Assembly: GCF_026571515.1 (NCBI RefSeq)
Contig: NW_026852143.1
Coordinates: forward strand, 1-64,000
Direction of reading: 5' to 3'
Length of the DNA: 64,000 bases
From: Ruditapes philippinarum
Lineage: Eukaryota
Part shown: one piece after another, positions 1 through 13,205 of the stretch
Position numbering within the stretch: position 1 is the stretch's first letter
How the letters are laid out: each line of letters opens with the position of its first letter
The notes under the pieces: generated by a model
What the model was told of the DNA's origin: nothing
What the model saw: the letters and a program-made list of their open reading frames with translations, nothing else
Databases searched by the model: none
Made by a program: the position numbers and the translations under genes

Positions 1-124
1 AAAATTGACATCAAAGTTGTGGGAAAACATCGGTTTAAACAGATATAATTGAAACAAAAATGTAATTGAAATAAACGGTCTTAAGGGCCGATAAATATTA
101 TAAGATAATTGTCTTCAATCTTAC

Positions 125-1342
125 GTGTAAAGAAAGTGCCAAAGTCTCAATTGCAAATTGTTCCTCATGACCTGCTTTCTTCAGAGCTTCAAAAGCATCT
201 GTCCATTGATTGTCGTATAATTCACAGTATACTTCACCGAGCTTAGTCGGTCTGTTCGGATCGCTCAAATCAACATCACTATATCAAAAGAAAAATAACG
301 AATGTAAATTTGACAATAAATTGTACACTTGTCTTTAATAGGCGTTTGTAGAAACAACATTCCCTAGATGGATTGGATCAACGTTCATTTGAGCATATAT
401 TCTTATTGATATTAACATATAAAAGAACACTAAAGAAATTTCAATAAATGTCGATGAAAGAATATTTTAAAATTGATAGTGCAGTACATGTATACCAAAT
501 ATCATACTTTGTTGATATTTTCTTTAGAAGATGTTCTATTGTTCTGCTTTGTTCATTGATTTTCTCCTCAGCCCTTTGTAGATTATTGAAGAGAGTATCA
601 TTATTTTTTGTCATTTGGGTTAGTTGTGCTTGTATTTGACGAGTTGTTTCCTCACAGCATGATCGTAACTTTGTTGTGTTAGCATGACTTTTGTTGCGTT
701 TGTATGTTGACTGCTAAATTAACATTTAGAAATTTTCACATTATTGGCATTTTCATGCAAAAAAGAAGAAGTATTACTATTTAACCTTACAAATTCGATA
801 ATAAGCCTGTCTCGATAATATGCTACCATTTTCTCAATGTCAAAATGAAATTAAAATTTAGCCGTCTGAAATGAGATTCTAGCTATTGTATTACCCAATA
901 ACTGATTCGTAATTTTGACGCATTGATAATTGATTTTTATTAATACTTTACTGAATTTAAAAACTACATTGTATATAAATGTCATGAAAATGAATTGTTT
1001 TAAATCACCAAAAAGACTCAAAGTTTATCGTTTACAAGAAAACTGACAGTGCTTTTGTTAATGAATAGCTGTCATGTTAATATTTGGAATGATTAATTGC
1101 TGCTGCATATAAGTGAAAAACGAAAAAAGATAAGTACGTACTATCAAAGTGCCAATATTTGTCCATCTCTTCTCTGTTTCATCCATTTGGTGTACGAGAT
1201 ATTCTGGTACCCAACTTGTGTCCTTTGTGTCCCAACTTTCTTTGAGATTTTTAATGTTATCATCCCACTTCCTTACCTCATCTTCGAAAAATTTAAGAGC
1301 GTCTTCTATGTTCGCTTTATGTGACGATTGTTTAACACCCAT
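125..1342 (-). CDS. Mieap-like coiled-coil protein, copy A (5' part only; continues off the left edge). Exons 1342-1142, 713-508, 278-125
   Basis: GT-AG exons with compatible phases (0,2,0). Translates MGVKQSSHK...NDVDLSDPNRPTKLGEVYCELYDNQWTDAFEAL. Near-identical to copy B at an offset of ~8.5-8.7 kb. Confidence 0.8.
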
Positions 1343-1789
1343 TATCAATTTATTTATTTCTACTGTCAGTAGCAAGAGTTCAAAACTATATATGGGCAAC
1401 AACAAAAAAACATACACCACATAAACACAAAAATAAAGTTGGTGTCCACAGGATCTACACAAGAAATAGAAATGAGCATTAAGTACCAAATTAAAAAAAA
1501 TACATGACAGCAAACCGGCTAACAAAGTGTTATTACTTCCGATATTAATCAAGGATTACAAATTCTTTTGAACACCAAAAGGAATCGGCCTTTCATTATT
1601 TGGTATAATCTAAATTAAAACGTATTCATTTTTCAAATTGTAACAATTTTACCGTCCATTTTTTATTTTCAATGTCCATGCCCCCTCTTTGCATTTTTCC
1701 AAACATTTCAATCACTATGACATACATATTTATATTTACAGGAACTAAATTATATATGAAAAAGAGTTAAGTAGATAATTTCAATTAGC

Positions 1790-2492
1790 TTCAGCAGTCG
1801 TGGAAAAAATTTATCAATGTGACGATTGACGTTTAATGGAAATTGTTACTGGTGACGAAACTTGGATTTATCATTTAAAGCTAGAAAGCAAAGAAAAAAT
1901 GGGTAGGTTCATGTGGGCTATCGCACGAAGAAATAAGACGGTTAGGAAGACAATGTTCGCTATTGTCGGTGATTGGCAAGCTCCAGTACGTCAGGTTCCT
2001 GTCACGAACGGTTCGTCCATTACAGGAAAGTTTTACAAGGAACTGATTCTTGAAATGGTCGTTAAAGTTTATACAGACCGCCTAGACACAGGCACACGTG
2101 GCCTTAATCTATTCTACGACAATGCGCCGTTCATAAATCGGCTACTGTAACCAGCCTTTTTGCAGGAAATCAATCCTTAAGTCATTGACCATCCACCTTA
2201 TAATCCTGACCTTGCCCCTTGTGTCTTTTGGTTGTTTCCAAAGTTTAAAGAAATGCTGGAAGTCGTCATTATGAATCAAGAACTAGTATTGGCTGTAGCG
2301 TTAATTAATGTATGCGACATATACTTGCTTCAGATTATCGTGTCACTTTACACTAATAGATAGAACAATGTAAATGGGTAAATTCTACAAAGGGGGAACT
2401 TACGTCAAATGACTGGCAGAAAAACGAATTTTTAACACTTTCAGTAAGATCTGTAAGGCTGTTTTATGAGTTAATAATGAAATGTCCATCGT
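1790..2492 (+). mobile_element. 5'-truncated, frameshifted Tc1/mariner (mariner-type DDD) transposase relic in the 5'-UTR intron of copy A
   Basis: IVTGDETW, FYDNAP and HPPYNPDLAPCVFWLFPK motifs, with the third catalytic D replaced by V. A 3' TIR-like end TAATGAAATGTCCATCGT lies at ~2475-2492. The left boundary is approximate. Confidence 0.85.
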
Positions 2493-3771
2493 GGTAAACA
2501 GTAACAAATGTCAAAAGCAGACCATATATTCCTTATTTCTATATCATAGTCATAGATCGATAGGTAATTAAGTTTGTGATGTGGCATTTCCAGTCATTTT
2601 GGAACTGTGAAGCGAACCAGTTTATAACTATATGTATTTAATAAGTTAACTTATCATAAGAAAGCTCTCTTATAAAACATAAGAGCAAGGTCATATCATT
2701 TGTTCATTTTACCTACTTAATGGAGACATTTAAAAACATTGTTTATCCACTGCATAAGAAGGTGAAGGTTCACGAGGTAAAACATGCCATTACGTACAAT
2801 AACTTGCTTTAATAAATTGTCGGGGGCTGCGTTCTGTGAACGTTCCCTTTGCCTTGTTGATCGATATTTATTCTTCTTTTCTAAGTGACGATGAAGAATT
2901 TAGCAATTAATTTTGTGTTATTTCGAATTAGATTTCGGCGTGTGCTCTTTAATTTTTCAGAAAACAACATTTCGTTTTATCTAAATTATGTACTTAAGTA
3001 TTTCCCAATAATTGTTCATAATACAACTGATTGGGAAAAGAAAACAGTCAATTTTTGAAATCGAAAGGACACAAACGAGTTTTAAAATGGATGACTTAAG
3101 ACAACGATCTATTAAACAAAATACAAAAAATACAAACCTGGTGAAGTATACACATATATATTTAAGTCTTGTTTAAGAAAAAAGTCCACTTGTTTTCTTC
3201 GTTTAAATACGCAGAAATAAGATGTAATAAATTTCCTCCTTTTGATGTATCTATAAATTTTATACAACCAAATCATATATCAAAACTTTTAATACAATAG
3301 TTTTATTCCATACAATAATTATTGCTGGACGAAATCCAAAATTTTAACATAAAACTATTAGTATTAACCTAACGCAGAAATCAATCCTTGTAACTTAATA
3401 TTCTAGCATTTTACATCGGTGTATTTCATACTTAAAAAACCTTAAACCACTTTGTTTATAGTTCAAAACAAAAAACTTTGAACACAACGATAATGATTTG
3501 TTTTGTATATTTAAACAAAAATTCCAATTTTGATATTAAGATTGTAAAATAAATCTTAGTATGAGAAATCTTATATCATGTTGATGTTCAATATAACAAA
3601 ACTTGTACATTAAGCTTGACATACTTAAGGTTAGACGACATATTCGTAATTTAGCCGAGATGAAATTCGTTTAAAATGAAATTCGTTTATAATACAGACA
3701 TTGTCCTGTAAAGGTGTTGAAAATATTCTTTATTTCCTTGTCAATGTAGACAAGGAAGAAAATTTCAATAT

Positions 3772-4265
3772 ACAGTAGTTCGAACTATAGTAAGTCGATT
3801 TTTCGATGTGTCGAAGTTACAGAAAGTCCCGATTTTTCTCCACTATATATTCTTTATAAAGACCTATAAATCTGAAAAAGTCGATTTATATATGTGTCGA
3901 TTTTTTCAATGTATCGAACTTTACGTGGTCGGTAAAGAATGATTCGAGAAGATTTCACTAAAATAAGTCAAAGTCCATGAATTGTTGTGCTGATTTCGAT
4001 CTCGAGATGGTTTTCAAACTTTTTTTGACCGCGAAAATGATTGCCGATAGACATGTATCGCTGGTGTAATTTACACGGGATATATTAATTACTTTATGCT
4101 AGTTTAGTAAATGCCCTTTTCGTTTGGTACGCCTTTTGTTACTCACTTTAAAATGTTTACGGCTCGATATTTTGTTATCAAATTGAGACCGATTCATGAG
4201 TCGAAGTCTCGATATGTCGTCGAAGTTTTTACGCAAGTCCCTTCAACTTACAAAAGTTCTACTAT
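3772..4265. mobile_element. Degraded TA-flanked MITE (Tc1/pogo-like TACAGT termini); second copy at ~12435-12890
   Basis: The left end TACAGTAGTTCGAACTATAGTAAGTCG is an imperfect inverted repeat of the right end CAACTTACAAAAGTTCTACTATA. Internal TCGA-rich subrepeats. Confidence 0.5.
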
Positions 4266-4870
4266 ATATATATTGTCAGGCCGATTCCAAGTCAGGATTT
4301 AAAATACTAACAACAAACTCTTTAGATCTTTTTATTTTATTTGTTTGACTTTAAGCAAATTCATAATCGATATAAAATCAATATAAAATATAAAATTTAC
4401 GCTGTTATTTTCATACCTGTACTTTTTTATAATCCAGTTATCGGTTTTCTTATATCTTTTCTTTATATGGTTATCTTATTTAGTTATCTTTATCTTTCAT
4501 TTATCTTTTTCCGTTTTCTTTTCAGTATTGCTATTTTAATTAAAAGATCGGTCAATTTATACTCAAAATGAAAGTAGTTTCCCGTAAAAGAGATGAACAA
4601 GAAAAGGCGGCGTTCAATGAACGCTACCCCCACACGACCCAGTAACAATAACCAGTGGGCCCATAAAGTCAAAGGGCACAGGAGTCAAGTTTTGTGAAAT
4701 CTTTGACGGAAATGGTTTATAACAACAGAACAAACAATACAATCACTAAACGACATGGCATTTGACAACTAAACTCATATATTTTATGGAATAATCATCA
4801 TTTTCCGAATGTATATCTATGAAGGTTCTTCATGCATCTTGCTTCTTAAATACATAAACGAGGGAAACGT

Positions 4871-7800
4871 TCACTTCCTCTCCATTTGGACTTTTATGCT
4901 TTCTGCAACACCTTTACAAAGTAAAGCTCCACCTTCATTCAACAAAAGTGCGGGCCATACCATAAAATTGACTCGACTTCCGGATGTCATGTATTCTCTG
5001 TAGAGGTTTTTGTCAAACCTTGACCCAGTTTCGCAATAGTGTAGTGCCATTGGCGGTGACTGGACTATCATCATCCAACAAATGAAGATACACTCCAAAA
5101 TAAATGGTTTGATACCTTTAGTGTAACTCTCTGACCAGTATACTTCCATGTATGCCTTTAATAAAAAAATGTATATCTAAACTTTGTATGCACTTTGTTT
5201 AAGTATATTGTCCCTTTCCAAAATGTGCTTACTTAAAAATAATACTAATTCAATACATAAAAAATAATAAAATTTACGATTGCTACTACAATAGAAATGG
5301 AATGAGTTTCATACATTTATTGACTACTTCCTTTTTAATACATTGATAGAGATATATCATGACATTACATTGATTTCTTTTAATGAATTTCATGCCTGAC
5401 AAATTTAGCTTTATCAGACACCTCATACTCATGAGAGAATGGAAATTTGTGTTTTCCTCTTACTACATGTTCTTTGTAATTATTGAACTGATAAACTTTG
5501 AATCTAATAGATGTTTTGTATATCTATGTCCCATTTACATTTGACTTAAAATATTTGGGACTATTTCTTATAAATATGACGGTTGGTATATCACTGCGCG
5601 CAAAATGAAATAAGGATGTTATTGACAGGTTTTTGTTTCATTTGAATTTTAAAGAAAGAAACGCATATATAAATGGCAAACATGGTAAATAGAATACCAA
5701 ACAAGTATTTGATATTATGAAATTTATCAGGCTAGGCATAAAAATGCAAGGTTTAGCAGAGCCTCACCTTTCCACTTTTCTTAGCCTTGTCTGATAATTT
5801 TAGTAATATCAGACACTAGCATGGTGTTCTCCATTCATTTTACCTCACGAAAACGTTTAACTGTCCGGCAATATTCCCCAGGGGCGATAAATCTACCGGT
5901 ATATAAACATCAGAAAACGTATTGTTCTAGTTCTCTCCTCTGATAAAAATCAACAAAGAAATAATGCTAAGCAGTGAAACAAAACATTAAAAATGTTGGT
6001 TTGAGATAATAAAAAATATATATATTGTCTCTCATTGTAATAGTGCATTTTAGCAACCCTTGAACTGAAATAAATTCTCGGGTTGATAATATGCATTATT
6101 ACCCTGCGAGACATATGTTATTTCTATAATAGTAACTAAATATACCTTTTGTACTACAGGGACCGTGTATGTAGCAATCTCCTTCATCAACTGTTTTAAT
6201 TTACTGTTGACAATAAGCATTGCTTCGTCTTCAATCTGGACCTAAGAGACATGATCTTTTTGTTATCTACACGTAAATACATTGCATGCCAACCGGTTCC
6301 TATATATAATCTGGGCAAATAAATATACTATCATGGTAACAACGTCAAATCGTAGCCGCTTTGTGAATGTTTACACACCTGTCAACAATTATTCATTGTC
6401 TGTAACAATCCTCAAATATGTTTCCTTTCTTATAAAAAGATGTATAATTAACAAATCCAAACGCTACGCCACTCGTGAATATACTGGTTTTAAAGCTCAC
6501 GAGATGAAATAAAATTTCATCTTACACACACAAAAACAAACATCTCCTTTTAATAAGGAGTGAAATAGAAACAATATATCCCGCCATTTTTAAAACTTTC
6601 ATCAAAATTGTAATTATCAACATCAGAACAAAGTTTTAATTTACAAATATCTAGTTATAGTTGTCCTTCAATTCTAAGAACAAATTATTTTATTAAAAAA
6701 CATTTGATTCAAGAAAGAATTTGAAAAACTAAATGTTTATGTTTTTCATAAAGCCGTTACTGCCGCAGATATAAACGACATATATGTACAATTAACACTG
6801 TTATTACATATATAAGGTGTATACATTAATATGATGTAATACCTTTTAATCTTAAATTTTGTAAAATAAATAATAGACTAAATAATGTGTCACGCAAATA
6901 TTTTTATTTTCATTCGGTGAAAAAGACTGTTCAAACAAGAGAAGAAAACATTTACATGTTCAGTATGTCCAGTTCTATGCTGGGTATTCAGCGAACTATC
7001 TTTTAACTTTGACATCCACCTCTCCTGTTGGAATTTTATTTCTTCCATCGATATTTTGTGTAAAACTTGAGCAACTTCCTTTACCTTGATAAAAAGCATC
7101 AAGTTTTGATACAATTTTTACATTGATTTTTACCAATAAAAGCAATAACTTTTATTTTACTTCTAACAGAAATAAATTTGGTCAAACTCTGATTTTACAT
7201 AAAATAAACAAACATCAGTTTAAATCTTATTCGTTAAAAATATGTTGAATGTGTTGAATGAATAATATTGGCAATTTCTTTTTCAAGATTTCCTTTATTC
7301 ATTTCTTTTTAAAAAAGTCATGTTCGATATTTCTATGAAACAAAAGGTTAGTATACATTTATTCAAATTGGATTTAAAAAAATAAAAATATATTGAATAC
7401 AATAGTGTTTAATTCTTTCAACGGCAATTCATCATAAATTATGGATAATAAGTATTTTATATTTTTAAGGACATCAAATTGTATCTTGAATTATTATGGA
7501 TAATAAGGCAATGACCTGTTTAGGTTGCATCGTTGCAAGAGATTGCAGTGTCAGAAAATATAGATGGAATAATCATGAATTATTTAAGTATTAAGTGAGC
7601 ATGTACGACTGTATGTAATGACTATCTTTATACATTAATCTTATAAAAGTAAACCGTCCTTAGGATTCAGAGATTTTTAAGAATATATTTCTAATTTCCG
7701 AATAGAGGGAATAATATTCTAAAATTTTCTTTTCACAAAGCAAGAATTGTTGAGTATTAAACAAAATCACATAAGTTTACATGCTTAATGTAAAAACAAT

Positions 7801-10028
7801 TTTAGATCATCGGTTTATAAACATAATAATTCAAGTATAGAAGTAAAACGGGTTCCACCACAAACCTTTTCATTTTCCGGACTTTTTTCACCTTCAAACA
7901 ACAGGTTAAGAGCGTGTGATGACTTTTTCAGCAAAAGCTCCGCATTACTTTTACAAAACTGCATCACATGCTTTATAAAATAAAACAATCAATTTAATCA
8001 ATACCAACAAATATATACACACCACTCTGAAAGATACTGTAACTCGTTTTTATGGTTTTAAATTATAAATATAATGCTCAAATGAAGATTTATCAATATT
8101 GTAAGTTCCAAAAAGCATTATTTGTACAGACGTTACCGAATTTACATTTCATGTTAATAAAGGGAGGTAATTAGAATTTTTTTTTCTATAAAGACTAAGT
8201 CAACTTTTTCAATAAGAAATGAATGCATATATTTTAATGATTACAAATTATGTGGACAAATATTTGCAGTACATTTTTTACATATTATTCGAACTCGAAA
8301 ATTGTTTTAGAAGTATTATTATCTACATATATAAAATTTCACTTAGGTATGGTAACAACCTTAATTAAAACATAAAGGATCTTTAATCTTCTAAAAATGT
8401 TCGTTTTAACATATTTGTCAGGCGACATTATATTAATTGCAAAACATTGCTAGATACAAAAGTGACATAATTTGATTTGTGGAGGGTAACTAGCTGTATT
8501 GTATTTTATAAAGATAAACACAAGAAACAGGCATACATTGACATCAAAAGTTGTGGGAAAACATCTGTATAAACAGATATAATTGAAACAAAAATGTAAT
8601 TGAAATAAACCGTCTTATGGGCCGATAAATATTATAAGATAAGTGTCTTCAATATTACCTGTAAAGTAAGTGCCAAAGTCTCAATTGCAAATTGTTCCTC
8701 ATGACCTGCTTTCTTCAGAGCTTCAAAAGCATCTGTCCATTGATTGTCGTATAATTCACAGTATACTTCACCGAGCTTAGTCGGTCTGTTCGGATCGCTC
8801 AAATCAACATCACTATATCAAAAGAAAAATAACGAATGTAAATTTGACAATAAATTGTACACTTGTCTTTAATAGGCGTTTGTAGAAACAACATTCCCTA
8901 GATGGATTGGATCAACGTTCATTTGAGCATATATTCTTATTGATATTAACATATAAAAAGAACACTAAAGAAATTTCAATAAATGTCGATGAAAGAATAT
9001 TTTAAAATTGATAGTGCAGTACATGTATACCAAATATCATACTTTGTTTGATATTTTCTTTTAGAAGATGTTCTATTGTTCTGCTTTGTTCATTGATTTT
9101 TCTCCTCAGCCCTTTGTAGATTATTGAAGAGAGTATCATTATTTTTTGTCATTTGGGTTAGTTGTGCTTGTATTTGACGAGTTGTTTCCTCACAGCATGA
9201 TCGTAACTTTGTTGTGTTAGTATGACTTTTGTCGCGTTTGTATGTTGACTGCTGAATAAACATTTAGAAATGTTCAAAATAATTGGCTTTCTTATTCAAA
9301 AAAGAAGAAGTATTACTATTTAACCTTACAAATTCGATAATAAGCCTGTCTCGATAATATGCTACCATTTTCTCAATGTCAAAATTAAATTAAAAGTTAG
9401 CCGTCTGAAAAAAGATTCTAGCTATTATATTACTGAATAACTGATTTGTAATTTTGACGTATTGATAATCAAAAACGCAAGATTGATTTTTATTAATACT
9501 TAACTGAATTTAAAAACTACATTGTATATAAATGTCATGAAAATGAATTGTTTTAAATCACCAAAAGACTCCAGGTTAATCGCTTAAAAGAAAACTGACA
9601 ATGTATCTACTGTATGCGTTTAGTACGCTAAACAGTTAAATACACAAAGATATGTAAAGCACGTACAAAAACAATTGAAGCACACCTGTTTTGTTATTGA
9701 ATTAATGCCATGTAATGCATCGTATATCCTCATGAGCTATATTGACAATAAACTTAAACATGTGAATATTTGGAATGATTTAGTGCTGCTTCATATAAGT
9801 GAAAAACGAATGAAGATAACTACGTACTATCATAGTCCGAATATTTGCCCATCTCTTCTCTGTTTCATCCATTTGGTGTTCGAGATATTCTGGTACCCAA
9901 CTTGTGTCTTTTTTATCCCAACTTTCTTTGAGATTTTTAATGTTATCATTCCAGTTCTTTACTTCATCTTCGAAAAATTTAAGAGCGTCTACCATGTTTG
10001 TTTTATGTGACGATTGTTTAACACCCAT
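4871..10028 (-). CDS. Mieap-like (mitochondria-eating protein C-terminal domain) coiled-coil protein, copy B, ~391 aa. Exons 10028-9828, 9251-9043, 8812-8659, 7970-7866, 7084-6956, 6241-6146, 5155-4871
   Basis: Seven phase-compatible GT-AG exons. Contains the DLSDPNRPTKLGE.Y.ELYDNQWTDAFE motif and the last exon FILECIFICWMMIVQSPPM...FDKNLYREYMTSG...VWPALLLNEGGALLCKGVA typical of the Mieap C-terminal domain. Exon 2 has three extra single T's in homopolymers relative to copy A (probable sequencing errors). Confidence 0.8.
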
Positions 10029-13000
10029 TATCAATTTATTTATTGATTTCTACTGTCAGTAGCAAGAGTTCAAAACTATATTTGGGCAACAAAACAACAT
10101 ACACATAAACACAAAAATAATGTTGGTGTCCACAGGATCTACACAAGAAATAGAAATGAGCATTAAGTACCAAATTAAAAAAATACATGACAGCAAACCG
10201 GCTAAACAAAGTGTTAGTACTTCCGATAATAATTAAGGATTACAAATTCTTTTTGAACACCAAAAGGAATCGGCCTTTCATTATTTGGTATAATCTAAAT
10301 TAAAAACGTATTCATTTTTCAAATTGTAACAATTTTACCGTCCATTTTTTATTTTCAATGTCCATGCCCCCTCTTTGCATTTTCCAAACCATTTCAATCA
10401 CTATGACATACATATTTATATTTACAGGAACTAAATTATATATGAAAAAGAGTTAAGTAGATAATTTCAATTAGCTTCAGCAGTCGTGGAAAAAATTTAT
10501 CAATGTGACGATTGACGTTTAATGGAAATTGTTACTGGTGACGAAACTTGGATTTATCATTTAAAGCTAGAAAGCAAAGAAAAAATGGGTAGGTTCATTG
10601 GGCTATCGCACGAAGAAATAAGACGGTTAGGAAGACAATGTTCGCCTATTGTCGGTGATTGGCAAGCTCCAGTACGTCAGGTTCCTGTCACGAACGGTTC
10701 GTCCATTACAGGAAAGTTTTACAAGGAACTGATTCTTGAAATGGGTCGTTAAAGTTTTATACAGACCGCCTAGACACAGGCACACGTGGCCTTAATCTAT
10801 TCTTACGACCAATGCGCCGTTCATAAATCGGCTACTGTAAACCAGCCTTTTTGCAGGAAATCAATCCTTAAGTCATTGACCATCCACCTTATAATCCTGA
10901 CCTTGCCCCTTGTGTCTTTTTGGTTGTTTCCAAAGTTTAAAGAAATGCTGGAAGTCGTCATTATGAATCAAGAACTAGTAATTGGCTGTAGCGTTAATTA
11001 ATGTATGCGACATATACTTGCTTCAGATTATCGTGTCACTTTACACTAATAGATAGAACAATGTAAATGGGTAAATTCTACAAAGGGGGACCTTACGTCA
11101 AATGACTGGCAGAAAAACGAATTTTAAACACTTTCAGTAAGATCTGTAAGGCTGAGTTAATAATGAAATGCCCATCGTGGTAAACAGTAACAAATGTCAA
11201 AAGCAGAACCGTAAAGCAAAACAATTTATAACTATGTATTTAATAAGTTAACTTATCATAAAAAAGCTCTCTTATAAAACATAAGAGCAAGGTCATATCA
11301 TTTGTTCATTTTACCTACTTAATGGAGACATTTAAAAACATTGTTTATCCACTGCATAAGAAGGTGAAGGTTCACGAGGTAAAACATGCCATTACGTACA
11401 ATAACTTGCTTTAATAAATTGTCGGGGGCTGCGTTCTGTGAACGTTCCCTTTGCCTTGTTGATCGGTCTTTATTCTTCTTTTCTAAGTGACGATGAAGCA
11501 TTTAACAATTAGTTGTGTGTTATTTCGAATTAGATTTCGGCGTGTGTTCTTTAATTTCTCAGAAAACAACAGTTCGTTTTATCTAGATTATGAACTTAAT
11601 GGGAGTTGCGTTCATTGAACGCCGCCTTTCCTTGTTGATCTTGTTTTTCATATTTTAAGTATTTCCCATTAATTATTCAAAATACAACTGATTGGGAAAA
11701 GAAAACAGTCAATTTTTGAAATCGAAAGGACACAAACGAGTTTTAAAATGGATGACTTAAGACAACGATCTATTAAACAAAATACAAAAAATACAAACCT
11801 GGTGAAGTATACACATATATATTTAAGTCTTGTTTAAGAAAAAAGTCCACTTGTTTTCTTCGTTTAAATACGCAGAAATAAGATGTAATAAATTTCCTCC
11901 TTTTGATGTATCTATAAATTTTATACAACCAAATCATATATCAAAACTTTTAATACAATAGTTTTATTCCATACAATAATTACTGCTGGACGAAATCCAA
12001 AAATTTTAACATAAAACTATTAGTATTAACCTAACGCAGAAATCAATCCTTGTAACTTAATATTCTAGCATTTTGCATCGGTGTATTTCATACTTTAAAA
12101 AACCTTAAACCACTTTGTTTTATAGTTCAAAACAAAAAACTTTGAACACAACGATAATGATTTGTTTTGTATATTTAAACAAAAATTCCAATTTTGATAT
12201 TAAGATTGTAAAATAAATCTTAGTATGAGAAATCTTATATCATGTTGATGTTCAATATAACAAAACTTGTACATTAAGCTTGACATACTTAAGGTTAGAC
12301 GACATATTCGTAATTTAGCCGAGATGAAATTCGTTTAAAATGAAATTCGTTTATAATACAGACATGGTCTTGTAAATGTGTTGAAAATATTCTTTATTTC
12401 CTTGTCAATGTAGACAATGAAGAAAATTTCAATATACAGTAGTTCGAACTATAATTTGTCGATTTTTCGTTGTGTCGAAGTTACAGAAAGTTTCTCCACT
12501 ATATATTCTTTATAAACACCTATAAATCTGAAAGAGTCGATTTATATATGTGTCGATTTTTTTCAATGTATCGAGCTTTACGTGGTCGGTTAGGAATATT
12601 TCGAGACGATTTCACTAAAATAAGTCGAAGTCCATGAATTGTTATGCTGATTTCGATCTCGAGATGGATTTCAAACTTTTTTTGACAGCGAAAACGATTG
12701 CCGATAGACATGTATCGCTGGTGTAATTTACACGGGATATTTAATTACTTTATGCTAGTTTAGTTAATGTCCTTTCCTTTTGGTACGCCTTTTGTTACTC
12801 ACTTTAAAATGTTTACGGCTCGATATTTTGTTATCAAATTAACCGATTTTATGAGTCGAAAATCTTAACTTTTTAAAAATTCTACATATTTTTGCAGACC
12901 ATTCAAGTTAAGGATTTTAAAATCTAACCAAACTCCTTTTTAAAATCTGGGTTTAAAATTTTTTGTTTGACTTTAAGCAAACATAAAAATAAAAATCAAT

Positions 13001-13205
13001 ATAAAATTATAATACATTTTAAAAGCTGTTAAATTTTCCCAAACCCGTACTTTTTTTTAATCCGTTATTTGGGTTTTTTTATTTTCTTTTCTTTATATGG
13101 TTATCTTATTTAGTTATCTTTATCTTTCATTTATCTTTTTCCGTTTTCTTTTCAGTATTGCTTTTTTAATTAAAAGATCGGTCAATTTATACTCAAAATG
13201 AAAGT
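8537..13205 (+). repeat. Tandem segmental duplicate of 1-4575 (unit ~8.5-8.7 kb)
   Basis: Long collinear near-identity including introns, the mariner relic and the MITE. Confidence 0.92.
10476..11178 (+). mobile_element. Mariner transposase relic, duplicate of 1790-2492
   Basis: Same IVTGDETW sequence and TIR end, with extra single-base insertions. Confidence 0.85.

Noticed and set aside
1097-1424. Plus-strand ORFs opposite Mieap-like exon 1 (also 9675-10010)
   Set aside because: Antisense shadows of the minus-strand coding exon.
9043-9110. Frameshifts making copy B a pseudogene
   Set aside because: Three single-T gains in homopolymers (net +3) in an error-prone segment are more likely sequencing errors. 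Left unresolved.
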